A model generated the notes under the pieces. The model was not told the DNA's origin. It ran no database searches and saw only the letters and a program-made list of their open reading frames with translations. DNA of 64,000 bases from the NCBI RefSeq assembly GCF_009914755.1, contig NC_060929.1; one strand, given 5' to 3'. Origin of the DNA: the human T2T-CHM13v2.0 reference genome, Homo sapiens. Made by a program: the position numbers and the translations under genes. Numbering within the stretch: position 1 is the first letter of the stretch; every line of letters begins with the position of its first letter. Shown in pieces: positions 47,906 through 61,999 of this stretch.

Positions 47906-50081
47906 TTAAAGTGGTGCCCAAATTATATGGAAGGGTGAGAATTCAGTGTCAAATTAGAACTGTTATAGCTGCACAACAGAAGGGGATCTGAGCAAAGCTC
48001 TTAAGGGGACATTTTACTACTGCTCCCTGAGTGAGGTGACTATGTCAGATGCTGTCCTAGGCAGAGTAATTCACCTTTCTATCCAGATGTCCAACACACT
48101 GCTTGACATTTTGCAGAGGTAAAACATGATTGCTGAGTGAATAAAATGAGTGAGTGAATGAATGGATGGAAAGAATTTTGAGAAGATGAGAGCACTACAA
48201 GTTAAGTGAATAGCTGAACAGGGGAATATAGAGTCCACCCCCATCCCTCATCTTCATCCCCAAAATTCAACATCCTAATTCAACATACAGAACAAGAAGC
48301 TGATAAAATGGGGAGATTAAGGAGCTAAAAATATATCTTTAAATAAGTCACAGAGGGAAAGTGATACTTGGGGAAAATAGGCCTATAATGAAGAAGAGCT
48401 TCTGGGAATGATTGAAGCATTGGGCCAGCATGACACAAAGTATGGCTTTCTTTAAAATCTCATCAGCAAACATACATTTCTTAAAGGATGCAACTCTAGT
48501 TCTGAAATGCGTTCTGGCTAGCATAATGGAGAGATGATTGCTGGATGCTCATTTCATAGCCAACTCATCTTTTTGCTGTTAAGGATTGACCCTGATAGCA
48601 AGTATGGAAAGATTCTGCAATAAAATGAGCTAGCAATGCCGCATGCTCCATCACAACAGTTATACAACCTTTCTAAAGATACTGATTCAAGTATCCTCAA
48701 TTCACAAGTATTTACTCAGAATCTATTATAAACCAGGCACCAAGATAGGAATTAGAAATAAAAGATGAATATGATGATCCACTTTTTTCTAGAAAATAGA
48801 TTTAAGCTGAAATCAATAATTTCACCTATTTTGATCCTATTTCCTAATACTAGAATTTTAAAGAAAGTAAGAGAAAAACTATTATAAATTCAGTAACATT
48901 AAAAAGTCAACACATCAAAGTATCAATATTACATTGTACTCCAAAAAAAAAAAAAAACAACAACAACAACAGGAATTCAAGTTGTAAACATGATCTTTGG
49001 TGATATTTTAAGGATTTTACAAAAAGGAAAAATGAATGCATTTGAATGGTTCTGTGAAATGCTGTTTAAAATAAAGTACAAAACACACTGAAAATCATTC
49101 TTGCCGTTACCTTTATCATTAGTACATAAACAGTAATGGCTCATTTCCAGATGTTACCTCTAAATATTCTGGTCTTAAGTGAGAAACAATTTATAATATA
49201 TAGAAACAATTTTAAAAGCATTTTAAAGTAATGCTATATGCCATAGTAGAAAGTGTGAATCTATTGGAAGTCAAAGGGAAAGATCATTGTAGAATGATTT
49301 ATTAATAAAACTAGCTCTTACTGCTCAATATTAAATACCAGAACATTAAGTACCCACCTCAATCCAAATGTAAGCCTCTTTATATCTGTCTTCCCCATTA
49401 TTAAAAAATGCTCTAGAAAAGAAATAGTCCTCTAAGCATGCTCCTAGCTAAAGAGTAGGAGAGAGGAAAACTGAGAAAGATAACATTAATTTAAACATAT
49501 AGTAACAGGTTATAAACACCTTTCTCTAGGAAAAATAAGAGACTTAAAATTTGCCTTAGTATAGCAGTTATAGCACAGTTACATGAGAATATTTCTCTTT
49601 TCTGTGTTACACTTTCTTTTAAAAAACCAAAAAAAGTTATTTTCAAAGATTAATGGCATTTTCTAGGACAGGTGAATTGATTATGTAAACCAACTAATAT
49701 GGAACGAGAAATATAATTATATTCTCTATTGTTAGGTTAGCAAAATTACTTACAATAAAAATCAGTTATCAATCATTATAAGGGCTTTTCAAAAAAGCAT
49801 GTCAAAAGAGCAGTATTCTGATAAACTCAAATTTTTATTTTAATAAGCTCTCTTGTTCCTGTTCTCTCAGGGATGCTCTATGTCATCAATTAGCCCCATT
49901 GCTCCAGTTTCTCCATCCTCTCTCCATGGCTCCTCTCTGCTAATTCCCTGGAGAGAGAAAATCTTGTTTCTGCTTGACTGTGCCCTTGAAGTGAGAACTC
50001 TACTCAGTCACGTCTCTAATAGTTAATCATCTGATTGAGTAGACACCTTGTGGTGTCTACTATATATCTATCTAGTATCTA

Positions 50082-50088
50082 ATATATA

Positions 50089-50128
<40 letters not shown>
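50082..50128. repeat. (TA)n/(TG)n microsatellite
   Basis: Seen directly. Confidence 0.95.
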
Positions 50129-50131
<3 letters not shown>

Positions 50132-50489
50132 TCTACTATATATCTGTCTACATTCCTATATCTATCTACTGCATATCACAGTGTCTTCCATTCACTCCTT
50201 GAAATCCTCCACTTAGGGGCTTCTATGGTCCTGGTTCCTCCTACTGCTATTGAGGCTTTCAGTTTTCTACCTAGCATCCTTTTTCCCAGAACACTTTATA
50301 TGTTGGCCAAATTAACAGCTCTGTCCTCAGCTCTTGCCTACTTGTTCTCCAAGAGTGACTCCATCTAGTTTCATCATATGAACTGCCCCTGTCTCTGATG
50401 AGTCCTAAAACCACATTTCCAGCTAAGGTCTTTGCTGCAAGTTTCAGACTTCGATATCCAAAAGTGTCCCTGTCACCCTGTGGCACATC

Positions 50490-50830
50490 CTGTTAACTGA
50501 TTCCCAAAATTGTTCCTTTATTCCTGAGCTCATAGTTAGGCTACATTTTCCAGCCTTCCTTGAAGTTACAATTGGTCACATGGAATAAGTTCTGGACAAT
50601 GGAAAGTGAAAGTGATGTATACTACTTCCAGGTCTGGACCATAAAACCTTGCAAGAACAATCCTCCACATTCTTCTACCTTCCGCAAACTACAAGTTGAA
50701 AATGGTGGAGCTGTAGGATGGAAGGAATCTCAATCCCTGAATTACTGCACAGAAGAGAGCTGCCTGACAATTAGGGATACTCATTTGGTTCTAGGTGAAT
50801 GAGAAATAAAAACTTCTGTTATATTAATAC
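50490..50830 (+). mobile_element. MLT1 (MaLR) LTR remnant inserted in an L2
   Basis: ctacattttccagccttccttg...ggtcacatg...ttctggacaatgg. L2-like sequence on both sides. Confidence 0.55.
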
Positions 50831-51817
50831 ATGCCTCAGCTCAATATGATCCAAACTAAATTAAGTATCTTCATAAAGGCAAATCTCACCCACCTGCAAA
50901 TTTCCTGGCTCAGTTAATGGCCAATCATCCACCTCAAGATCCAAATCAGAAACCTCCTTGTCTCCTGCCTCTCCCTCATAACCCACATCCAATCAGTCGC
51001 TCAACTACTAAGAACTCCACTTCTCCCAACATTTCTTGAGCTTGACCTTTTCTCATCCTAGCTAAGATTCCCATGATTTCTCCCTAAAGAGTTATAGTAG
51101 TCTCCTTACTGGTCAACATGTGTCCAGCTTTGTCCCTCTCTGTCCAACTTGCAGCCACAAAAACCGCCTCTCTAAAATGCGCATCTGAATACGTTGCTCC
51201 TCTGCATAAAACCCTTCAGCGCTTCAGGGTAAAGTCCAAGCACCTCAGCCTGGCATTCAAGGTCTGTAATAACCTGGACCCTCCCCTCTTCATTTCCTCA
51301 CACCCCAGTTCCCATTTCCATGCCAGGAATAGTGAGTTGCTTGTACATAGCATATGGCTCCCACATGCCTTGAGGTTTCTCCTTCATACTATGAAGTGAG
51401 CTCCGGCTTATTCTTTATGTATCAATCATGATGACTTCTCTCAGGAAGTGTTCACAGACCTCTGTCCCACGCTATCCACATGATTATTTTAGGAACCTCT
51501 CACAGCATACTTGCATATTCCCATTTTAAAATTTACCACATTATCAGCTTTAAGATCAGGGCTGATGTTGTAGTGGCAGGTAGTGACAAGGCCATACAAG
51601 TAGTTATGATCTCTCCCTTATGAGACACCTCCCTTCTCTCTAACCACCCTTCCCCCCAAAATTTAATAATTAAAAACACAATAGGGAGCCTCCAAGACCC
51701 CATGCAGCTATGACTACCAGTGCTCACATCTGTTCTCAAATCTGTTCTGATTTCTCACATCTGTTCTGATTAATCAGTGCCTGTGCCTTACCACCTAATC
51801 AAGACCACCTGTCACAG

Positions 51818-52110
51818 GGCCAGGTGTGGTAGCTCACACCTGTAATCTGGACATTTTAGAGGCTGGGGTAGGAGGATCACTTAAGCCCGGGAGTTTAAGA
51901 CCAGCCTGGGCAATATAGAAAGACCCTATCTCTACCAAAAAAAAAAAAAAAAAAAGTCACTAGATGGGATGATGTGTGCCTGTGGTCCCAGCTACTCGAG
52001 AAGCTGAGGCAGGAAAATCACTTGAGCCCAGCAAATCAAGGCCATGCTGAGCAGCCACTGGACTCCAACCTGGTCGACAGAGAGAAACCGTGACTCAAGT
52101 AAAAAAAAAA
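51818..52110 (+). mobile_element. AluJ-like SINE
   Basis: Flanked by the cacct(g/a)tcacag direct repeat. Confidence 0.9.
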
Positions 52111-52142
52111 TCACCTATCACAGATGTAGGATATCATCTTGC

Positions 52143-52435
52143 TTATTATTATTACTATTATTATTTTTGAGACAGAGTCTTGCTGTGTTGCCCAGGTTGG
52201 GGTACAGTGGCAGGATCTCCGCCTCCTGGATTCAAGTGATTCTTGTGCCTGAGCCTCCCAAGTAGCTGGGGTTACAGGCACGCGCCCACCATGCCCCACT
52301 AATTTTTTTATTTTTAATAGAGACGGGGTTTCACCATGTTGGTCAGGCTGGTCTCGAACTCCTGACCTCAGGTGATCCGCCTGCCTTGGCCTCCCAAAGT
52401 GTTGGGATTACAGGCGTGAGCCACCACGCCCAGCC
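52143..52435 (-). mobile_element. AluSx-like SINE with (TTA)n tail and a ~16-bp internal deletion
   Basis: Antisense Alu. gatctc is joined directly to cgcctcc. Confidence 0.92.
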
Positions 52436-55400
52436 CTTGCTCATTAGACTATGAGCCCTTTGCCTTCCCTGTTCACCTTCAACCCAGTGCAGTTGCTAAT
52501 ACATGATAGCTTGTTTTCACTATGTATTTAAGTAAACTGAATTCCATCTTCAAGTTTGTTTCTAAAAAATACAGAATCAAAAAGATATTAAGGTGTACTA
52601 ATGAGAGTAATCAAAGCTAGGGACATTACCTACAGAGAAAATGATAGCAAGAAGAAAAAAAGAGGTGGCTAAAATAAAATGTAAAATTAAAACTTCACCT
52701 CAGGAAGTTGCAAAGCTATAGAGAAGAAAATATGGTGTCCTTCAAAATTGACCCTACTAAGGACATTTTTTAAATATCTTCTTCAGGGCTGAATGTTAAA
52801 TAAATGTTATTTAATACATATCTGAACTACACTGAATTTGCTTTTTCAAGTGGGGAGAAAAATCATTTATAAGACACCCAAGGAAAAGTCCTAAGAAACT
52901 GGATACCCCAACTATTAATCATTAATTAAGCATCTACTTAATACCTGTTAGGTGTTCTGTGCTTTTCACTAAGCATACAAAACTCCTGCTTTTAATAGCT
53001 TATAGGTCTTGAATGCCCTCTCAATGTTTCTGAGGCCAAATTAAATAAAAAATGCAAATTCTAAAATCCTAAAACTACCACTTCTGTTTTCTTTCAAATA
53101 TTCACAAAGGGTAAAATCCATTTTTATAAATTCCACTATAATAAATATAACTAACAGAACCACTGATGTGTATCAATTCAAAATGATTTTATGATAATTG
53201 TATACATTAGATTTGATAAATGTGCTATTTTCTGACTCCAGGCAGAATATTTGAAAATAAAAAATTACTTTACAGAAACTATCTATACTAGTTCATACCA
53301 GAAACTATACCAAAACCACATCAAGTTTCTCTAACACATTGTCTATTGCAAATGAACCTGAACAAACAAAAATGTAAGTGAAACTCACTTTATTACCATG
53401 ATCAGAGTCTTCATTCATCTATTGTAAGATAGTCCAGACAAACCACTTTATGCAGGTTAGAAAATGTCACAAATGTAATAGGTTTGATTCTTAAAGAAAT
53501 CAATTAACTTCAAATAAGAAAAATGAGTTCTGTTCCTAGCTATTAATTACACCAATTTCTCTCATTTTGTAAAATGTAAATACCATTCAAGAGGGTCTCC
53601 ATAGTTCACTTATGAAACCTCATTGCTCCAAGAAAAAATTCCAATGCATACAAAATTGTCATTAATTATACAAGGTAATTAACTCCATCTCTGTATAAGA
53701 AATTAATAAGTATTTATTAAGTGAACAGTTAGAACTATGAAACCAATGTATTTTCTCTTCTCAAGGTACAATCAATGTGTGACAAAGTTTTTTTTGTTGT
53801 TATTAAGGCACTTTGGATTGGTTAAGCTCTTTGTATAAGGTCACATAGACTAACACTCTGATCTATTTGTTAGATTTTGAAAATGGACAGCAAGAGAAAA
53901 ACGTACTCCTAGCTCTGTTCTGAAGCTGCAGTTGCAGTTTTCATAGAGTCTATTCATAATACTACAGAGATGAAAACAAACATCAGACAATATGGCTAAG
54001 TGAGTTCAGCTTGTTTTATCAGGCCTCTTACAGAAGGCATTGATGGAAAGAGCATGACCAAGTGTTTCAGGATAAATAAAAAGGTACTCTAAGTTATTTG
54101 AGTTTATTGAATATAGCTAAGCACTGGAGCTTCTGGGCCTGTATACTACCCAGAAACAGAATAAATTACATATTTAAAAATCCAGGGATAAGTTATTTTC
54201 TTCCTTCCACTGAATCGCTGAGAGAAATGCATTAGAATCATATGAAATTGCTCACATAGGAGCATGTATGACCTGCAAATACAGGAATTTCATATGGTTG
54301 GTTCAACCTATGTTCTAATGGTGAGGTTTAAATGGTCACAATTACTATCACATAATTTTTTAAAGGTTTATACTTTTAGGAGGTCTCCAATAGTCATTAC
54401 AAAATAGGAAACTAAAATACAAATGGAAAAACATCATTTATGTGTCTGCATGTACTAAAATATATTAATCTCCTCAACAACTCGTTCACATGGAATATGG
54501 AATTATTACTATTTATTTTGTCATCAGGAAATACTTGTTCTCAGAAAGTTTATTTTCTGATTCCTCAAAGAGGATGTGGGTTGGTTGGGGAGAAGGGGGA
54601 GGGAATGAGAACTAGAACCATGGGCAGCACATACTTGCTCCATCACCTCCTCCCACTGTCTGCAAAGCTCTAAGAGCACAATTAGACTTAATGTAATTAC
54701 ACCGCCATCACTGACAGGTGGATGAGATTAAAAAAAACAAAAAAAAAAAGAGAGAGAGAGTGACTGAAAGAACATTAATAAATTGAAATCATTACCAGTG
54801 TTTTTTTCCACAATAGAAAGGATCAGAAAGTAACACAGAAGATAAATTTTAAAGGTTAAAAAAAAAGCAGTTAAGAGCAATTGCAAAAGATCATGCTATG
54901 TATAATAAATGTACGTGCCCTATTAAGCAAGTATTATAGGACTGGGTGGAAGAATACAAAGTATTTTGATTCTACATTAAATTAATAACTACTGTTTATC
55001 TCAAGATGTCCTCTGGATTCAGTTGATGACCCCGTTTAATGACTGCTTAAGTACCTACTGGGAATTAATAGCTATGACATTCACAGCAAATTGATAACTC
55101 TGTGTTGGAGTCTTAATTTGTTCTCCTGTGCAAGCCTTACTCTGTGAAATAGGAACCCAGTGCTTTTCATATGTGGAGGCAAGTCTAACCACCGGTTTGC
55201 TAAGAATGCACACCCTACTCTCAGGACAAGGAGAACCATGGGCCTCCTAGGTAACATCATTCCACACAGACTCAGTGCATGGAATGAGTCTCAGGTCTGA
55301 GTCCCAAAAGGGAAAAGCACATCCTCCTTGTGAGAATGACCCATCTCTGGAGGCAACAGAGAATGCTGAAGCACAATGTCACTCTGGGAGGGTCCTATCA

Positions 55401-55668
55401 TCACAGGCAGGAAAAACACAGTTTCTCCTTTCAACACCAAAACCAGTTAAAAGAACGACTTTGGGCGATTTGCCACAAAGTTAATATTTTTGAAAGATAT
55501 AACAGGAGATTCAAAGAGCATTAATTTCTACCTTATCTTTTTAAGTCAACAGTGCCAGGCAATCTATAAGATGGGGGAAAAAAAGTGATGTGTCTTTAGA
55601 GCAAAGTAATAGTGAAACAAAAGCTTTGGTGAAGAACTTGGTAGTGCAGAAATCAAACTATTGAGAAC

Positions 55669-56017
55669 AGCTGGGCATGGTGGCTCAAGCCTGCAATCTC
55701 AGCAATTTGGGAGGCCAAGGCAGGCAGATCACTGAAGCCCAGGAGTTCAAGACTAGCCTGGGCAACATGGTAAAACCCTGTCTCTACGAAAAAAAAAAAA
55801 AAGAAAAAAGAAAAAAAAATTAATTAGCTGGGTGTGGTTGCATGCACCTGTAGTATGAGCTACTTGGGAGGCTGAAGTGGGAGGATCACCTGAGCCCAGG
55901 AGGTCAAGGCTGCACTGAGTCATGACTGCACCAACCAACGCACTCCAGCCTGGGCTACAGAGTGAGACCTTATCCCTTCGCAACCCGCCCACCCCCACCC
56001 CTCTGCCAAAAAAAAAT
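55669..56017 (+). mobile_element. AluJ-like SINE with a C-rich insert before the tail
   Basis: Alu dimer with expanded A-linker. Confidence 0.9.
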
Positions 56018-56989
56018 GAAAAACTGAGAATAGAATAGAAAATTGTTTTCAAAGTGAAATACAAAGAAAGATCAGAAGAGGTAAAAAGCATATATAGGAA
56101 TATACAAACTTTAACTCATTTCTTGATAGGCCAATGTTTCAACTCCCTGAATTTCATAGGAGACCTTTTAAATTTCTGATCTTGATGGTTTCAGTAACGT
56201 TGACCATTCATAATATCAGATATGAATGTTAAATGTGTGAAAAAACAGTGTTTTAAAATCCCTGTGAATAAAAACCCTAGTTACTTCCATTTCATTTTAT
56301 AGGGACCTAAGTTAAGGTACATGTTAAAGCTAGTACATTCTCAGATGAGAAGCAGGAGTTACAGTAAGTGAGAGGACTTTATTCCTTTTACAACATTACT
56401 ATATAGCTATATGACAGATATGACCTCAGTCACATTCATCTGGAACTCAAGTGTGGCAAAATACTTGGTGGTGAGGTGTAATTGCTAAAATGTCACTATT
56501 TTTAATCCTAAGAATGCCATTTTCTAGGTCTGGTATTTGGAAGAAAACACATTCTGTTGATACCACCTTGAGACCGTTATTCAGTAAGGAGTTACTTTTT
56601 TCCTCTATCCTTAGGAAAATGGTCTAAAATGGAAAGTTGTTTATTATTTAAAACTGCATGAGCATGGGTTAATATGTGTGCATATATTACATAGCTCTGT
56701 CCATTGAGAAGGGCTAGAAGCAATGATAGCCCAGTAGCAACAAGCACACCTAGCACCCAGATCTTGGTTTTCTATATGTCGTTCTCTTATTAGAGAATTA
56801 GCTTTTGAAGAAAAAGTTGACTCTAGGGGCACAAGAAATATAAGATGAGCATCTTGTAGTAGCAGAAAGTAAGGAAGTGCTCAATGAAAAACAAAAAGAA
56901 TGGAAGGACAACAAAGGGGTAGACCAGCAAACCTGAAAGAGCTCCCAATGGCTATGGCTGGAACAATGTGAGCATAAAAATAAACACAG

Positions 56990-57378
<389 letters not shown>

Positions 57379-57439
57379 TTAAATAAATGGGAGAGAAGAG
57401 ACAAATCTTCTCTCCAGAAGAATTGCAAAATACATAATA

Positions 57440-58268
57440 CTTCTTCAACTGTTTATACTCAACACTTCTGACATCAAATATGTGGGGTTTTTCCTTACAC
57501 CACCCAATTCTGTAACCAGCTGAGTGCCCAACAATTCAACTCACTTCTGACCCTAACTACCTGGAATTAGCACAGGACCCACAAGTTAAGGATTCAGTCT
57601 TACAAAACTGCTCCCCATTTCAAACCCTGATAGCAAGTCCAGGCCACCAGTACCTCTGACGAACCAGCTATAAAGTCAAGAGGTTTCTACAACCCCCGCT
57701 CAGCTTCAATAATTTGCTATAACAGCTCATAGGATTCAGGAAGGCATTTTACTTGCTATTATTGGTTTATTATGAAGGATACAACTAAGGAATGGCCCAA
57801 TGGAAGAGATGTATAGGGCAAGGTTTGAGGGCAGGAGCACAGAGCTTCCATGCTGTATGCAGGTATGCCACTCTCCCAGAGCCCTGATGTGTTCAGCAAC
57901 CCAGAAGCACTTAGAATCCTGTCGTTCAGGGGTTTTTATGGACATTTCATTACATAGGCATGATTAAGTCATTGGCCATTGGTGACTGAACTCAATCTCC
58001 AGACCCTCTCTCCTTCCTAGAGATTGTGTGTGGGGCTGAACTTTCCAACCCTCTAATCATGTCTTGGTCTGTCTGGCAAACAGCTCCATATTGAAGCTAC
58101 TTAAGGGCCCACTGAGAGTCACATTAGCGTAAATTCAGGTATGGTTGAAAGGGGCTTATTATGAATAACAAAATGCTCCTATGGCCCTATCGCTCAGGAA
58201 ATTCCAAACATTTTAGAAGCTCAGTGTCAGGAACTGGGGATCAAAGACAAAATATATTCCTTATCACA
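57440..58268 (-). mobile_element. MER21-like LTR
   Basis: acacttctgacatcaaa, ctacctggaattagcacag and ctcaggaaattcc motifs. Confidence 0.65.
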
Positions 58269-59511
58269 GTTTCCCTCCAAGAGGTAGAGCTTAATCCCCC
58301 TCCAGATCTTTGAGGGTGGACTAGGTACTAAATTGCTTCCACAGAGAACGAAGTAGGGAAGGGAAAAACTAGTAATTTTATATAGTGAGCAAACCTGGTA
58401 AGCACTACCTTCACCAAGTGATAAAGATTATCATCATGAGGGATGCAATGTAGGTATCCTATAACCCCTGATATAAGAAGGGCACTCTACTTCTATGATA
58501 TTCTTTCTAAAAACCCATAACCCACATCTAATTATGAGAAAAACATCAGACAAATCCAGATTGGGGGACATTCTATATGACATCCAGTTAATACTTCAAG
58601 ACTGACAAAGTTACGAAAAACAAGGAAAGACTGAGAAACTGGCACAGATCAGAGAAGGCTAGGGAGCTATGACAACTAAAAGCAATGCAGTACCCTGAAC
58701 TGGATCTTGGAAAACTGGGTGGGGGGAATATGGAAACTCTGTACTATCTCTGTAGCTTTTCTGTGAATCTAAACTAATTTTAATTTTTACAACAAAAAAT
58801 TTATTTAAAAAACTCAGTATGTGGCCTGTTCCTGTGTTTTTTTGTTTTTCATCAAAATGAAAACAAAATGGTTCTCAGATTTCCCTCAGTAAGGAGCAAT
58901 CCTAGTAACTCTTTAAGCCTGTTGCTAAACGGCTTTGCAAAATCTGACTCAGAAAACAAGTGAATTTGAGAAAGTCAAATGAATCTGTGCTTTGTTCAAC
59001 AATGATTTACTTTCTTGTAGTAACTGAACTTTATTTCTTTGCAGAATCCAACATTTACCAGAACAGAGTATGCTAGCATAACAAAGTCATGAGTTAGTCT
59101 CTGAATAAATAAGATAAATCTAAGAACGGCATGTGTGGGATTTTTGTTTTTATTCCCAATGGAAAAAACTTTACTATCCAATTCATTATGTTGATAAGCC
59201 TATCTTGCTGCTAGACATCTTAGATTCTGATAGAGCTTTGGAAAAAAAAATCATACACATCATTAGAACTTTATAAAACGATGTTCTTTGACCATATTGT
59301 TACCAGTGTGAGAAAATTGGAAATACAGACTGGACCTCTGTTCTATGACAAATGATGTACCATTTCTATTTTTTAATATTCTTATTTTTCTTGTTATGAT
59401 CTACTTTGTTCATACTGAACATATTTTAATCAACTCAATTATATAAAGATAGTCCTCATCACCTAAAATGTGCTTGTAGAATGTGTAACAAGCTCTCCTT
59501 TACAAAAAAGG

Positions 59512-59803
<292 letters not shown>

Positions 59804-61676
59804 TCAATGAAGAAAAGCTAAATACATCACCTGAAGTCACAGAACAAGTCAGAAAAAAAACTGGCTGAAGTCTTTTCCCCAGCCTCCAGAAAGAGGTAAT
59901 CGAATCCCCATAAAAGATGCTTCCTATTTTAAAATGTCCATTATGTTGAACTTATTGCACTATTTTTCTTTCTTATTGTTCCTAATCTGTTGGATGGTGT
60001 TAATTAATTTTGTTAAGAAGCACACAGCAAGCCTAGAGATGTCCTATGTACAATTTCTAAAAATACAGTCAGATCTTTCAGGACTAAAGTTACAAAGCTT
60101 TCCAATGTGCTTCTAAATAAACCATTCATCTTTTGCCAAACTGAAAGCCATGATTTATAAAAATTAAGTTTCCTAAAAACTACATGATTGTAAGCAGAAG
60201 TTACATTCAGGATGGAATTATGTTAGCAGATAAAGTTTCTAAGTGTTAATAAGTTTGTTTTCATGAAGTTATGGCAGTAAAAAAGAAAAATTTTGCCTTT
60301 TAATACAGCCATTTTTGTAATATTTGTGGATTAATTTTTCAGGGTCTGGTTATTTAGATCTGTCCTAGGCTACAATCATAATCCAGAAATATGCCAAACA
60401 GATAGTGAATGGCTAAAACATGTACTTGAGTCAAAGCTTATGAGGAGTCTGTGTCAGGCCTTCATGCAGAAGCTATTTACTTTAATTATGCACAAATGTA
60501 AAAAGATGGATTATCTAATTTTCTATTCATAACTATATTTAGAAATTGGTACTTACATAGCTAAATTTGGATAATGTAAAAAAGTTACAGATGGAATATC
60601 TTATTATCTAAAAATTTTCTATAAATCAAGTATTAGTACAAATACTCCAATGATCTACTAGAGCTATCAAATAGTAATATGGGTAGTGTTGAATTGACTG
60701 GAAACAAAGTTAAAAACTCTGCGTTTTACTTAAAATAATTCCACTACACTGGTTAAGAGGGGAGAGAGAACGGTAAATGTAAAATACTGATGATTTTGCC
60801 TGGCATTCAGTTTAGAGAGAAGAGGTCTGGAGATGGAAAACGCATGTTCACTCAGTCCCAATCCCATATTGCTTTCATAATGTGAATTTATCAAGATGAC
60901 TCTAGGGTTTAAGGATATATGTCACATGTCATATGACCCCCAAATAAAAGCCAACTGCTCTATCTGGACCTTAACAATAACCATGATCATCTGTTCCAAT
61001 GCTGATACCCATCTCAGCTGCTAGTATGATCGAGTGCTGCAAGTTCTTCAACAATGCCCCACCACATGCATTAGACAGGTAAGGAATGCACACAAGCTAG
61101 AAGCGGTCAATGTATCATTTCTGCAAGTAATAAAAGCACTTAAGGTTCTCTTTTTATTCTGAGTATAAATTTAATTGTATTCCTCAAGCTTTGACACAAA
61201 GTTCTTAGTTTTTATTAGTTTCTAGATAAGTTATAATTTGTCTTTCTTTTTTGATCCAACGCCCTTTGGGAGAAGAACATATGTTAGATTTTATGTGTTT
61301 TGCAACTTTTGACAAGGAAGTAAAATATACTCAGAAGCAATATTGGAATGTGATTTTCACCATAGCATTGACTTTCAGAAGCAAATCCTCATTAAAATAA
61401 CTCTCCACATTTCAAAGCCTTTAAGATCACTATAGGCTAAATTATTAAATGTAGATTATTTCTAGGTCTTATACGTGTTAGAAGCCTGAACCAGGTAGAA
61501 AAATGTTGAAGTTTTACCACCTCTCAAATATCGATTTTTTTCTAAGTATTCAAAATTCCCCATTACATAGTAGCATCTTTAGAAATGTGTAAATCCACAG
61601 CTTAGAGGTTAAATTTTAGCTTTGGGTTCTGTTAGGGATTTATTGAATCCAAGAACTTGATTTCAGAGATCATATA

Positions 61677-61870
61677 TGCACTGTCTGATAAGTTAGACTA
61701 GCCACATGTGGCTATATAAATCTGAATTAAACAAAATTAGAAATTGAGTTTGCCAGTTATACTAGCCACATTTCAAGTACTCAAAAGCCACATGTGGCTA
61801 ATGGCTCCCATACTGTACAAGCACATATAGAATGTCTCCATCATCACAGTGAGTTTTCTGGACCATACTG
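61677..61870. mobile_element. MER3/MER33-like hAT-Charlie MITE
   Basis: Repeated tagccacatgtggcta palindrome and tagccacatttcaagtactcaa. Confidence 0.75.
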
Positions 61871-61999
61871 TATTAGACCAACAGAGAGAAAGTAATCTGT
61901 ATAAGGTCACAATTTGTTAGTAACAAAGCTAAAACTAGAATTCAGGTCTTTAAAATTCTATGCTTACTCACTTTCTACAAACCACACTGTCTCCAAGAA

